A stretch of DNA of 63,841 bases, the filler included, from Vezdaea acicularis (Eukaryota): assembly GCA_026025075.1 (NCBI GenBank). It is 3 parts of 3 records of this genome, joined end to end, with 100 filler letters (N's around TTAATTAATTAA, not from the genome) between each part and the next. Parts side by side here need not be neighbours in the genome. Positions count along the whole stretch, not along the records: positions 1 to 24,468 come from JAPEUI010000182.1; 2 more parts are not named here. One strand, given 5' to 3'. Below, piece by piece: positions 1 through 13,106 of this stretch. The notes below the pieces were generated by a model. The model was not told the origin of the DNA and did no database searches. It worked only from the letters and a program-made list of their open reading frames with translations. The first letter of the stretch is position 1; the number at the start of each line of letters is the position of its first letter. Both the position numbers and the translations under genes were made by a program.

Positions 1-859
1 CGCGGGGGAGGCCCATGGCGACGGCGCCGTCGGCGAGGGATTCGAGGACGAGGGCGAAGAAGGCGGGGCCGGAGCCGCAGAGGGCGGTCGAGGCGTCCAT
101 GAGGGAGGGCGGGAGGGAGAGGGTGCGTCCGATCGAGCTGAACATCCAGTGTACGAGGTCGGACATCTCGGCTGGAAGGGGGGGGGAGGGCGTGGAGATG
201 ACGGTCATGCTTTCGCGGAGGATGGAGGCGGTGTTTGGCATGGCGCGCACGACGCGGCACTTTTTCGTGTCTGGCAACGACTGAGAGGGGATGTGGAGTA
301 TTTCCTCGACCTGGGCCTCGGTGACGCCGGCGCAGATGCTGATTAACATCTTACCCCGAAGCGCCCTGCGCATCTCATCCGTGCCGAGGACGTCCCGCAC
401 CATCTGGGGCTTGCAGCCGAGGAGGACAACATCAGCTTCTTGTACCCCCTTGAGGTTCTCGTTCTGCAGGATGGTCACGTTGGAAGGAAGAGGTAGGAGA
501 GCCTTTTTGATGCGTTTGGCACTTTCGGGGCGGCGGACGCAGGCTATGAATTTTGTAGGGAGGCGTGAAGGGAGCTCGCGGACGGGAGTCGAGGTGCCGG
601 ATGTGCTCGGTGTTTGGGTCCCCGGTTGGAGTGTGGGCTGGGAGAGGGAGGTGAGGACGCCGGAGAGAATCGCAATGCCCATAGTACCTATTCGTATTTA
701 GCTTGACTACACTTGTCCAGGGCGATGGGGAAGAAAGTGATGGGGGCTGAACGCGGTCAAGTGGAGGGGACAAGTACCGCAGCCGAGGACTGTGAGAGTG
801 AGCCCATCTTCTTTGGTGCCGAGGACTGAGATGGACGGGAGGAGGCCATTCATAGACAT
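1..859 (-). CDS. PRO3: Pyrroline-5-carboxylate reductase (3'-truncated by window edge)
   Basis: Exon 859-778, intron 777-688 (GTACTT..TAG), exon 687-<1. The spliced product has the Rossmann motif VLGCGTMG plus LISICAGV, VRAMPNTA and TALCGSGPAF, all diagnostic of P5CR. Confidence 0.93.
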
Positions 860-1155
860 CTTGCCAGGTATCTTCAGAGTTATCGAAAGTACTTCGATGG
901 AGTTCTTGTATGAGCGCAAGGACATGTCAGAACCAAGAGCGGTTGTCTTTTCTAGCGGTGAGTTCTTTTGTGTGTTGCCGACCCCACAAAGTTTTTCTGC
1001 CGGCGCTAAGGATCCCGCCAAGCTTACCGCCTTGACCAGGTACAGCTAAGAGGCGTCCAATCTAAGCTCTGCATTTCTTCGCTCTCGTCCCTACCAGAAT
1101 GAATTGTTTCTGAGCCTTATTTACCTTTACAGATAGTCTTCTCCAAAAACCTAGT

Positions 1156-1989
1156 ATGGCTGATCCATTCGAGGTGCGCATGCGCTTCACCTCACAACTA
1201 CAACATCTGAACGCCTCATCTACCTCGGCGCAGAAGGCTGCGCAGTATGCCCTCAAGCATAGGGACCAGAGCGAGGATCTCCACTCCTGTATCCTCGAGC
1301 AACTAGAACGAGTCAGTATGCCCCAGTTGCTTCCACCCTAACTGTTCTAAAGCCCACGCTGCGACCCTCCATAGCCTGTGAACTCTGGCTGATTACCTCT
1401 CTTATAGAATAACATGAACAACCGCGCCAACATCATGTACTTCATCGAGCACCTCTGCGACATGTCGCGCCGTGAGTCCTCCCCGGACTACATCCACATG
1501 GTTCAGCGGGATATCTTACTCATGGTCGACGCCGTCGCGCCTGCCGACGGCTCTGGCGCCGCGAACGTAAAGGTCGTGCGCCGAGTCCTCTCAGCCTTGC
1601 AGCAGAAATCCTACCTGACGCCCGCCACAGTCTCCGAGCTCGAAGCCTGCCTCGCCGAGCGCGACACTACTGCGGGCTTAGTGGACGAAGAATCGCCGGT
1701 CTCAGGGACAACAGGGGCCGTACCTGTACCTAAGAGGCAGGATAGTGCTGGTTCGAAAAACTTCTTCAATGGAGGGACAAGACCTGAGAAGCGCGTCATT
1801 GAGCAGAGGATCGAGGAGGACCGGGAGAGGCATAAGCGGTTGAGGGAGAGCATCTGGGCGATTGGAGGGGGTGGGGAGGGAGAGGAGTATGAGAAGAGTT
1901 GGGAGGATGTGAGTGATGCAGGTGAAGATGATGCAGTGCTCGCAGACGAGGAGAGGGGGGAGAAGCGCTTGGCCGCTGCTATGGCTTGA
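1156..1989 (+). CDS. CTK3: CTD kinase I gamma subunit
   Basis: Exons 1156-1311 and 1408-1989. It begins MADPFEVRMRF and contains DLHSCILEQLE, NNRANIMYFIEHL and RIEEDRERHKRLRESIW, typical of Ctk3. Confidence 0.9.
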
Positions 1990-2655
1990 TGAAGGGTATT
2001 CTAGAATGGATAGTGATTTGTGCATAGCTATGGCGCTGGAAAGGTTTGGGTACTTGGTAGGCGTTTGGGGGGCATTGTAACATGAACGGTAACATTGTCA
2101 CGTCGACTGTAAAATAGGTCATTTAGCAAGCATATAGAGCGAATTCATATCTTCTACTTGTCCGTCTCTATCAAATGGGTCAATGATAGCGTGAGATACG
2201 TATTAGGACCGTCCCCCTCAATGAGACTCCGGGAAATAAGCGCCACGTGCTTGGTAAAGCTATTTGACGCAGCAACTTGTAGCTCATAGATCCTGTGATC
2301 CAGGGGCTTGTGATAAAAAGGCGAAATGGATTTAGATTGAAGGGCCGAGTTCGAGTCAGTTGCAAAAGTGAAGCGCGGCTCTGTCGTTATCTGTCGTTAG
2401 GATGCGCTACAGGACGGAATGTTGTCTGATCATGATCGCAGCTAGTCATGATTTCATGCGCGTCTTTAAGGCCCTAAGATAGGATGTTTGGTGGGGCAAT
2501 CTAGCTAAATTGAGGGTTCTAATGGATTGGTGTGGTGTGTGTATTCTTTAGTATTCCTACAGGCACGCTCTCTTCAACTAATGCAATGCTCTGATATACA
2601 AACCCCTCCCTAGCCTCCACTGATGCACATATGACACACTCTCAGCCTCAATCAC

Positions 2656-3352
2656 CTACTCCATAACAACCACCCCACCAACTCCCTTAAGCACTTCCAC
2701 GATCTTCTCAGCCTCCTCCTTGGGCACGCCCTCCTTCAGAAGCTTCGGCGCCGCCTCCACAAACTTCTTGCTCTCCACCAGCGACAAGCCTAGCATACCC
2801 TTCACCTCTTTGATGATTTTCGGCTTCGCGGCCGTATCGAATGATTTGAGCGTCAGATTGAACAGGGTCTTTTCTTGGGCCGCTGGGGGGGCTTCGTCTT
2901 CTTCGACTGCGGCTGGGGCGGCACCAGGGGCTCCTGCGGCGCCTGGCGGTGGCGCGAAACCGCCCATTGGCATATCGGGTATGTTGAGACGGGTCTAAGA
3001 TATGGCAATTTAGCTTGGAGCGTAGGATAGAGATCGTATAGTATGGGCTTTAACAGGAGAAGGCAGGGGCGTTTGTAAAAGAAGACCACCAGGGAAGAGA
3101 CCGTCAGATCTAAGAGGGTTCGCATACCTTAAGACTCGAGACCAAATCCGCTGTCTCTAGTAACGTCAATTTCGAGATTTGATCCACGATGCCTGAGATC
3201 TTCGGGTCTGTTGCGGACGTGGTCTGCCATCTCCGTGTTGTATTGCGGCGAAGATGTGAACAGCCGGGTCGTAAGGTCTGTGGAGAAGAATAGTGCGAGC
3301 GCCGAGAGATGACAACCCTGCATTGGGCTATTGTGCGTGGTGTGAGAGACAT
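2656..3352 (-). CDS. MNP1: Mitochondrial ribosomal protein bL12m (L7/L12)
   Basis: Exons 3352-3128 and 2994-2656. Arg/Ser-rich presequence, then IVDQISKLTLLETADLV, an Ala/Pro hinge and the C-terminal domain KIIKEVK..LSLVESKKFVE. Confidence 0.92.
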
Positions 3353-3687
3353 TGTGAGGAATGACAAGGCTTCATGGACAATTTGGATCCAGGATCGAAG
3401 TTGATGATCTTGAGGAAATTCGCGACTCGGATGGATTGGGCTTAGCGCGTCCGGGGCGCTATTTGATGTTGAATAAGGGACAGGACGATTGCCCAAATCT
3501 ACATCAATCATGATGAATTTTTCACGGTTGAGAAAGCTCAATTCCGGACAATAGTTGAAACCTCTCTAGTCTATATACAGTCGCCAGGAATCCGCCGGAA
3601 AGCCCCAATTCTTGGGCGTGAGGACATCGAATCGTTTCATCCTCCGCGCCCAGTTCCACAGCTCGCATTATCATCAATTCTCTGCGC

Positions 3688-4949
3688 CTAGTGCCCACCA
3701 GTTGTAGGAAGCTAGCCTTAAAGTTAGCAAGCCCTTCCAAATAGCCATACTATCCAGACACTTACCCCGAGCGCCACCTTGAAGCTATCATAGATCAACC
3801 ATTGGAAGCCGGTCAAAGTTCCCAGCATGATTATCCGAGTGGAAAGCCCGTTCCATAAACCAGGGAAGCCTATCTTGCCATATATTCTGCCGATAGCTGC
3901 TCCGGCGCCTTCACCGGCTAATTGGCTCGTTTGTCAGTCACCGTCACAGCAAGGATTCAACCTCAGTTTCGTACCTTGCCTTTCGGCATTTAACTTGCTG
4001 ACCATAACATCCGCGGGATGCGAGACAATGGCACATGCAATACCAGCAATGTAGCCGCCTAGGAAACTGACCCCTGTTTGTTGAAGGGTATTATAGCTTT
4101 CCTTTGGCTTCCCAAGCGTCTTGTAGATCTGTACGACAACGGCCTCGAATGTAGCAAACTTGCACATGGTATAGGGGATTTGCCGAGCCCACAGAGGGTA
4201 AAGACCCTTATATAAGCTGTCCGAGGGAACTTGTCAGCTTCACCATTAGCGGCTGGTAGGTATCAGCGTTGCATACCCAGAAACTCCCTCCTTCGCTACA
4301 ATCTTCGACCAACCCTCCCTCATCGTGTTCGCATAGGGAGGCAGTGTAGTTTGCATCCTCACTTTAATAGCTTCAAAGGGACAAAGCGCCAGGTCTGCCA
4401 GGAACTCTGCACTAGCGGATGCACCCAAGTATATGAAGTTCTTGTTGACGTTCGGGAACATCTGCTCTCCATAGAGATATTTGAATACCTCGTAGAAACC
4501 ATATTTACCAGCACCTTGAAACGAGTAGCCCACGAAGGTCGGAGTCCATCCGAAAAATACGCCGCGGACGCCCTCTGCCCTATAGATCGATCTCCAGGCG
4601 CTAAAGTTTCCAGTGTATATCTTTGGGTCGACTTGACGCCTGGTTTTCACCTAGCAAACACGTTAGTGAGGATATACTGTATAAAGGTATCGACGAAGAG
4701 GACCAGATCAAGCGGTGTGATAGCAGTATGGGTAGGGCCTATGTTCGTCAGTATCAGGAAGCAATGGCTCCTTCAATTGAGCATACCGCAAGCTGCAATC
4801 GGTTGTTAGCATTACTATTCTCACAAATAGCACACAATTGACTGCTCACCAATGACACCGCCAAGGGCACAAGCACCAAAATATGTTCCTGAGAAGAGCT
4901 CGATTTTCCTTTTAGGCGGCTGAAGCTTCATCTGAGGGAGGGAAGACAT
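3688..4949 (-). CDS. PIC2: Mitochondrial phosphate carrier (Pic2/Mir1, SLC25A3 family)
   Basis: Seven exons: 4949-4850, a 6-nt micro-exon 4792-4787, 4738-4704, 4650-4277, 4216-3975, 3917-~3765 and a last exon LPTTGGH*. It has three carrier signatures (PLDLVK, PFEAIK, PADVMV) plus [13 protein letters not shown] and RQIPYTM. Confidence 0.9.
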
Positions 4950-5687
4950 GGTCGTAGCAAAGGTGGGCTATAGCTCCCCCACTCTTATCTCAGGCAGATA
5001 AGAAGATTGAAAGCGTTAAAGACCTGAAGGTGAGATACTAGACAGGCCAATCTCATTCCTAGGTGTACAATTTGAATACCACTCAATTACGCCTAATATC
5101 TGGGATGTGCTGTTCGTGGTGAAGCTGGAATATATGCGTTCATTTCAATTCAAGCTTCGGTGGTACTCGCTACCAGATGACGTCCGACGGTTCCGGACGC
5201 GCCGACTAACCGATCGGTTCGCGTCGAACGGCATTACGTACCGATCGATTGTCGCATGAACCGTGTCAGCGTATAGCAATGGGGGGGGTAACTGGTGTAT
5301 CGCAACCTTCTCAATCAAAGGTAGCTCATATACTTATATCTTCTGGAGAAAAGTTACATAGATACCTGATCAAGCTACCGTTGAGATGGGGACAACGTTA
5401 GGAGGCGGGATGAAATCTAGAGCTATCACGTCAATTTGATCAACTTGGAGCCATATGAACCGAAGAATTATGCCAAAGTTATCAGTCAAAACGATAAAAG
5501 GAATTTCAATTCATGTTTGTGGTTGGTAGGTTGCACATTACTCTAATCACCAGGTTATCCTCGTAAAGAACGCGCATCGACGCGATCCCCCCGTACCGAA
5601 TAAGCTACCTTTTTGCGTACGGAGTTGAATCCGAAGCCTACGGTAACAATTCTCAAGTTCCAAAACATTACCGAAAAGCCCAATGCA

Positions 5688-6514
5688 ATGGCCGCCGAGG
5701 CCGAATCCACCCTGGTAATAGACCAGACGACAGTGATCTCCCTCCTGAGCGTCCTTGTCCTCCTCATCACAACCTACACCGTTTCTGTAGCACTCCTCCC
5801 CAAAACCACTTCCGCGCGGCTTCGTGTGATGTTCATATGGCACCTCTTTGACAGCCTGATCCATTTTCTCTATGAAGGCTCCTTCCTATACAATTGCTTC
5901 TTCACATACGCGTCGGGCAAGAGCCTGAATAATTTCCTCTCCCAACCGCTTCGGACCTACGGCTCCTTCTATGGGACGTCCCCCACAGCAAAGCTATGGC
6001 AGGAATATGCAAAGGCGGACCGGCGCTGGGGAGAGTCGGACGAGGTTGTAATTAGTCTCGAGCTCTTGACGGTGTTGCTGGCTGGGCCAATTGCCGTGTG
6101 GGTATGCTATCTGATAGTGAAGCAGGATTCAAGGATGTGGTTCTGGGCTACTATGCTTGCCACGGGCGAGTTGTATGGAGGTAAATAGTTGCTTTTTGGT
6201 TCAAGGGGCAGATCGCTGTGGAACTGTCACTAACGGTGTTGACAGGCTTCATGACTTTTGCGCCTGAATGGCTCACGGGATCCCGGAATTTGGATACGTC
6301 GAATTTCATGTATCTGTAAGTCTCCAAGCAAAAAGGGCGCCAATGACCCTAGATCTTTTAGAAGAGTGTGCTAACGGCTTTGAGATGGGTCTATCTCTTT
6401 TTCTTCAACATGCTGTGGGTCGTATTCCCGTTCTGGGTGCTCTTCGAAGCAAATCACAAATTTCAAGTGGCGTTCGCTGGGGCGACCCCATTACCCAGCA
6501 AAAAGAAGGTCTGA
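5688..6514 (+). CDS. Emopamil-binding-protein-like (EXPERA domain) ER membrane protein
   Basis: Exons 5688-6180, 6246-6315 and 6385-6514. Motifs WHLFDSLIH, LWQEYAKADRRW, ELYGGFMTFAPEW and YLFFFNMLW; C-terminal KKKV dilysine-like signal. Confidence 0.85.
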
Positions 6515-7017
6515 CTGTAAGATACTAAAAGCTTGTAATCTTAATAGCTCTGATATTCATGTATTCCATATGGCGAGTCCAACACGGTTAGCGAAATTTA
6601 CGACCTTCCCCGTCTCCGTATCAAGCGGGCCATATCTGTAGTCTTGTGCAACCAGTCTTATTTCTTAGCATTCTACATACACTTATCGCATTCCCCCATC
6701 TCAGAGGTTTGCCCTAAGATCGCAAGCAAGTCAAGTGAAATCAAGGGATATCGTAGCCTATCAACACAAAAGGAAATCGCTGCATAAAAGTGAATGCGTG
6801 CTGCCGCCCAGATTGTATGGATACATCAAGTTCGGCCTCCTGATAGAGTCTGGTGTCGTGAACGAGAGCGCTCATCGTCATATTCATCACCTCAACCTCC
6901 CGTCCATTCGTTGCATTAAATGACGCTCCTCCTCGTCGTCAACCTCGTCTAGTAGCACCTAGTTCGTTCGGCTTAGTCCAGTTCTTGATTCCATTTCCTT
7001 TAACCCCGTAAACATCT

Positions 7018-10000
7018 CTACAACTCATCCTTAATCTTGGAAGTAGCACTAGCAGCCGCGCTGCTCACACTGCTTGCCAATTTCTCAATATCCTCTCCTG
7101 CACTTTGTCCAAACTCTGCTAGCTTAACCCTGGCACTCTCGATGGCGATGCTGAGCCTGCTCTGGACGCTCTCCAACGCGCCTTGTTCAGGGCCGTAAAC
7201 TGCAGAACTAGCGGCTGAGCTGATCGATGCAGCATTTTCAGCAGCTACGGAGCTCGCAGACGCGTAAGCATCAGCTGCGGCCGAGGTGGCTGACTCTATG
7301 TAGCCGGTCGACGTACCATAGATCGCTGCTGATGCTGCGGATTGCGCGGATGCTGCGGCTTCGGAAATTGAACTCTGAGCAGCCTCTGCGTATCCTATTG
7401 GAGAGCCATACACTGCCTCGCTGGCTTTTGATTGGGCCGAACTGTAGGCTGACCCAGCAGCAGACGTAGCCTTTTCGTATGTTCCCTTGGTTGTGCCGTA
7501 ATATTGAATGCTTGCAGCTTCGACTGCAGCGTTGATTTGCTCGTTCGCAGCACCCAGTATAGCCTCCAAGGTCGCAGGAGGTGTGAATACAGAGGAAGCT
7601 ACTGAGCTAGCTGAAGCGTAAGCATCACTAGCGTAACTTGACGCTGACGATGCCATTTCAGGGCCGTTCTTATACCAAACTGAACTGAATTGGTTCATAA
7701 CACTTTCCGTGAAATCAGGCTCTTTGCCAACCACCAACTCAGAAACGAGTGCACGGACAGCTTCATATTGCTGCGCTGCGCCATCTGTTGCTTGCGCTGC
7801 ATATACACCAGCTTGCGAAATTACAGATTCCGAGAATGGCGTTGGTGCGCCATACACCTGCTGACTAGCTTTTGATACTAGGTCTTCCCAATTTTGGGAT
7901 GCTACTGAGGCCACCGATTCTGTCCATGGCGTCTCGGATCCGATGACGCTCGACGAGACCACACTGGCCGCCGACTCCGCCTTTTTGGAGATTTCTGAAG
8001 CTATTGATTCGATAGGACCCGTTGATGAGCCATAGAGTGCCTCACTCGCCACACCATACATATATTGGTGCGCTGGCGTCGGAGTACCGTAGACCGCACT
8101 AGATGCTGCACTTACAAACTCCGAATAGCGATCATGTGCAACTCCGATGCCTTCGTAATATTGTCGCTGAGCGTCAGCAAGGTACCTTTGGTGTGCTGGG
8201 GTCGGTTGAGTCTTCATGGCTTCTTTAGCACTGGCGTATCGTGCTGAAGCTATTTGTAGCCCGTCGTTCAATCGAGAAGATGCCACGTTGGAGATGGATT
8301 CTATAGCTCCTGGGGGTGGGCCATAGAAAGCGTTTGATGCAGCTGCAGTTGCTGAAGTGTACTGGTTGTTTGCAGCACTGAGTAGATCGGAATAGGACGA
8401 CTCGGCAGCGGACAAAAGGGATTGACGCTTGGGTTTTTTAGAGCCACTTATAGCAGTCCGAGCACTTTCTAATTGCCCAGCCGCAAAATCTGTTGCCTGG
8501 GAATATCTAGCATGTGCGGCGGATAACAGCGATTCTTGTGCACTTGGGGGCGCTCCGTAATAGGCAGTAGATGCTGCTGCAGTAGCTGAAGCGTATTGGA
8601 TGCTCGCGGCGTTAAGTAGGTCGGAGTACGAGGACCCGGCCGCGGACAGAAGGGAATTTCTCTCGGGTTTCTTAGAGCCACTAATCGCAGTGCGAGCGCT
8701 CTCATATTGCGCCGATGCATTATCTGTTATCTGAGCATATTTCGCTTTTGCAACAGAGATGATGGATTCCTGAGGACTCGGAGGCGTCCCATATATGCCA
8801 GAAGAAGCTGCTTCCAAAGCAGCTTGGTACCTTCGGCTAGCTTCAGCCACCGAGCCAGAGTAGGCGGACTCGACAGATGAGAGCATCTGCTGGTGGACAG
8901 GCTTGGGTTTGCCGCTTGCCTGAACCGATACGATTGACATTGCATGAGAATATTGCTCTTGCGCACGGCTGGCAACTTCAGAGTACTTGGAGCTAGCTTG
9001 GGCTGCGAGTGATGCAGTGAGAGGTGCTGGCGTACCATATATTGCGGATGAAGCGCTATGACAAGGTGTTAGAATCTCCAAGTACTTGAGAATGTTGAGG
9101 GAAACTTACGCTGCAACAGCATCGGCATACCTACCTGACGCCACACTAACTATACTTTCCGCTGTACCTTGAGGTGTGCCGTACAAAGCTATGCTGGCAG
9201 CCGAAACAGCACTGTAGTAACGATCGCTTGCTAACGAAGAGATGCTCTCCGCTGAACCCTTGGTGGGTGTAGGCTTAAGCAGCGCCTCGCTCACAGCCTC
9301 AGTAATGTCGGAAAATTTATCTCCTGCTTGACTAGCCATACTTTGTATCTTCTCCGAGAATGCCGCTTCGCCGTCGTCACTGATAGTATCCTCATAGACG
9401 ATGCTCCGCGCTTCGACGCGTTGAGCAGAAGCACCGCCCACAACCCGTTTGGACGCTTTACTTCCTACAGAGGAGACACTTGATGACATAGAACTAGCGA
9501 CGCTGCTTACACTCTCTCGAACCGGCGTAGAAGTATCCGCTCCAGATATGGCCTCAGAAATGACCGACGCGATGGATGCAACATTGCTGGAGGCATCCGA
9601 GGCAAACGAGTCAGAGGCGGGTGCAGGTGTCCCTTTGATAGCTTCACTCGCACCCGAGGCCCCCTTCTCAGCCTTCTTCGATGCGGCAGAAACAACACTT
9701 TGGGCGCCCGAGCTTACGCTGCTACCCGCCTCCGAAGCCTGCGAGCTCACGTCTAATAAGACATCCTGGGCAGCTGACTTCTCAGCATCTATGCCCGCCG
9801 ATATTTGAGATGCTGCACCCGCAACCCTCGATTTTCCAGCAGACATGATTTTTTCACTTAGCGGTTGCTTTGTCCCACTTACAACTTCGGAAATCTTAGT
9901 CGCGACCTTTTCAGCAACATTGGGCTCTGTCCCCAAGACTTTTGCTGAAGCACCATATATGCTCTCGCTAGCTGCAGAGACAACACTTTCTGCGAGAGGT

Positions 10001-12196
10001 TGTTCGGTACCAATCACGCCTGATGAGATAAGAGAAGCAGCATCCGCAGCACTTGCGGTCGCCTGAGACAGGATTGAATCCAATGAGCCTTGTTGTGTGC
10101 CCGTGATCGCCTCACCGGCCTCTGAAGCTTTCTTTACAACATTCTTTCCAGCTTGCACCGCAGCTGCATGAATATGCTTTGTACTGAAATCGTCGCTTTT
10201 GTCTTTTGCTTGTATTTTCCACTTTCCTACATCCTTCAGCCTCCCAAGCTCTTTTGCTGCCTCCTCTGCCACAGTCATTCCAGCGTTTTCAATATCTTCA
10301 CTTGATTGATCCATCTGTAGCAATGTAGGATGATCAGTTGCAAGCTTTTCGATGTCATGCCGCAGTTCATCAAAGCTCTTTTTGAGTGAGTTGTACTTGG
10401 ACCAGTCCTTGTAGGTGACACCTTCCATCCAAGCCCATTTCATGCCAATCTCCTGGAGACCCAAATCACGGATATTATCAACAATTTCGAGTGTTGAGTC
10501 TGTAGCCGCAGATACTAAGCTCTGCGTCTCATCTATAAGGTTCTGCCGCCAGGACCGCAGGGCTTGAGCCTTGTCCTTAATCGACAAGCCGGTAGCGCGC
10601 ACAGCTTTGATAAGGTCTTCATTCGCAGATAACTCATCATTCTCAGTTGTGCTATCATCAAGGCGTCCCACAATCTTGAGAATCTTGCCTTTCAGATTGG
10701 CGAACTCGGTAGAGCTTAGCTCATCCAACTGAACATACAAAGCCTTTCCCACACCTAGAACCTGGCTTTCATTTTGTCTTCGAGTAATTTCCGAAATTCG
10801 TTTATTGAGATCATCTTTTCCCGTGACTACAGCTTTCTGGAACTTCTCATGCCAAGTCTTAAGGTCTGCTTCAATTTCTTTTCGAGCTACTTCCTCTTGC
10901 TGTACGGGAGTTAAGGAGGAGGTGGCCGTTTTCAAACTCGTAGTGCCAGCAGCGACTGAGGAGGCTACTGAAGAGAGAATGGTGGAACTGTTCCAGTGTT
11001 AGTCTTTAGGGCATCTCGCGTCTTGGTCTCAGATGAACTCAGATGAAATTACAAAAGTCATTATAGAAGTCACCCCTTCAGTGGGTACAAATCGTGAATT
11101 GATGCCACAAATTGGGAAAATAGATGCAGCATGATATCTACCCTTTATGAAGGAGCCAAAGCTTCTTAATGAATGAGATCAAATATAATGAGAATATCGT
11201 TGTTCCTATGAAAAGAAACAACGGACGAGCTATATTTCTCCTTGCCTGTAGATAAGAGCATTCTCACCTTTCTACCTCGTTGATAGCAGCTTTCAACCTT
11301 CTTCCATCACGGTATCGCCCGAGTCTCTCGCCAATACGGACGAGCTGGGGTTCAACATTCTCCCCATAAAGTACTCTGACTTGGGGCCAAAGAGTCCTCT
11401 CGATGAAAATGGCTATAGTGTTCCATGTTAACCGAGCATATGGGATGCCTGTTTCAACTGTGAATCTGTGAGCAATTCCGTATCCGTGCTCAGCATAGGG
11501 CTTTGAGGTCATATAGGCTGGCATGATATATCCATGGTATGTCCGAAATATGTTTTCTCGGGCTATGCCATAATATGGGGATATTGCATCCGTGACTTTG
11601 CCCACGTATGGCGCCAAAGCCAAGTTGTATTGGCGCTTTCCTTGGCCAACCATTGAAAGGACTTGTGGCTTTAGAGATTTTTCCCACTCGTCCAAACCAA
11701 AGTGCCAGGCTTGCTCAACCCGCGGGGCGCCATAAGCTTGGTAGTTCTCCTTCCCAAACTTCAAAGTAGGAGCCAACACAGTTTTGTTCACCGCTTCAAC
11801 ATAAGGCCGAGTTGTATCGACGTAAGGGGCGGCATACGAAGTGTAGTAAGGCTGTAAGTATGGTGTGATTGTTGCTTTTACGTCCAAATATGGTTTGCAT
11901 AGTCGAGGCGACGTTTCAGAGAGATTACTTGTCGTTGAAGGACACCGGAATAGAATAGTGATAATTCCAAACCAGGTAAACAGCCTACGAATGTAGAGTT
12001 TAGTATGTTATTTGGATGTCACCGCTGCTTTCTCCTTCTCCAAGAATAGCTTAGCTTACCATGCTGCCATGTTAAGGGCCTTTTGAGAGATAGTCCTCTG
12101 GCTCTTCGTTGGTTGCCTGGGCGTCCTTCCTCCACCTTTGGGCTTTGTCATTGAGATTGCGGGCTCCAAAGCCTTGCCATTTGTCTCAACGGCCAT
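7018..12196 (-). CDS. Large conserved fungal protein with N-terminal TM anchor, helical region and Ser/Ala-rich YG-repeat C-terminus (function unknown)
   Basis: Exons about 12196-12060, 11984-11267, 10987-9110 and 9057-7018 join three long ORFs via GT..AG introns with branch sites. Motifs LFRCP..SPRLCKPY and IGMKWAWMEGVTYKDW; ends KDEL. Confidence 0.8.
8310..8780 (-). repeat. Intragenic tandem duplication of about 79 codons
   Basis: ESARTAISGSKKP.R.SLLSAA.SSYSDLL.AA..QY.SATAAAS.A.YG.PP occurs twice, with visible DNA identity (e.g. TTAGAGCCACT in both copies). Confidence 0.85.
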
Positions 12197-13106
12197 TCTT
12201 AGGCCTTAATGACTGCCCGTGTAGATCCAGAAATTCTTGTTGAACTTATTGCATCGGTGTCGTCAAACGGAATGGGAAGCAATGGCTTGCTATAGCCCGA
12301 AGGTCGGGAAAGCGCCGACCCGCAGATAAGCTGCACCTACCCAAGATGAGGTATTGGAAACAGAGGATTAGGGTTGGATATACAATTAGGTAGATCTAAA
12401 GGCCTAGGCACCATGCAGACAGTTCGTTCACTTGACCGCGAAGTAGAATCAGAACAGGATAAGAGCGGGTGGTCAGGACGGGATGCAAGTTAACTAATCT
12501 GGTGTTGCTCCCTGGCTTCTCAAGTGTCTAGCGTAGACGTCATTCGGTAAATCGCAACCAAGAAAAAGCGAGCTAAAGATCCCGATATGATGCCAGATTC
12601 ATTCAACATCACGTTTCAAGCATCGAGTTTAGGACCAAGTCTGACGGATTATAACGCCACTGACTCCTGTCCTGTTAAGGCGTAGAAAACAGGTCTTCTG
12701 AGCTTCAAATGATCCCGGTGAATTAGAATGACACCTAATCTCTTCACTTTCATTTACGTGCACTTCGCAATCTGATTGGTCCTCGCTGAAGCGAAGTCCT
12801 CCAAATCCTTACCAACATCGAAGGGAGCGTGCTTGGTCTGTCACCACTGAGGTGTGTTCAAAACCACCGCTGAGCTCAGAACGCACAAGAGTCTGCGTGA
12901 GCAACGACAAACCCAGTCTTTCTTGGAGATAGTCTCGTTTCTGCTGAAGGAGAAACTGTTAACAGGTGTTTAGCGATGCGAGGCTTTCAACGCTGAACGG
13001 CTGGGCCAGACTGCTTGCAGTCAAATGCTCACCTCGAGCTTTAACCCACAAGTCAGGGCCTGTTCAAGCATCGAAGTGCCTTTTCGTGACACATTCTTCT
13101 CCAAAA

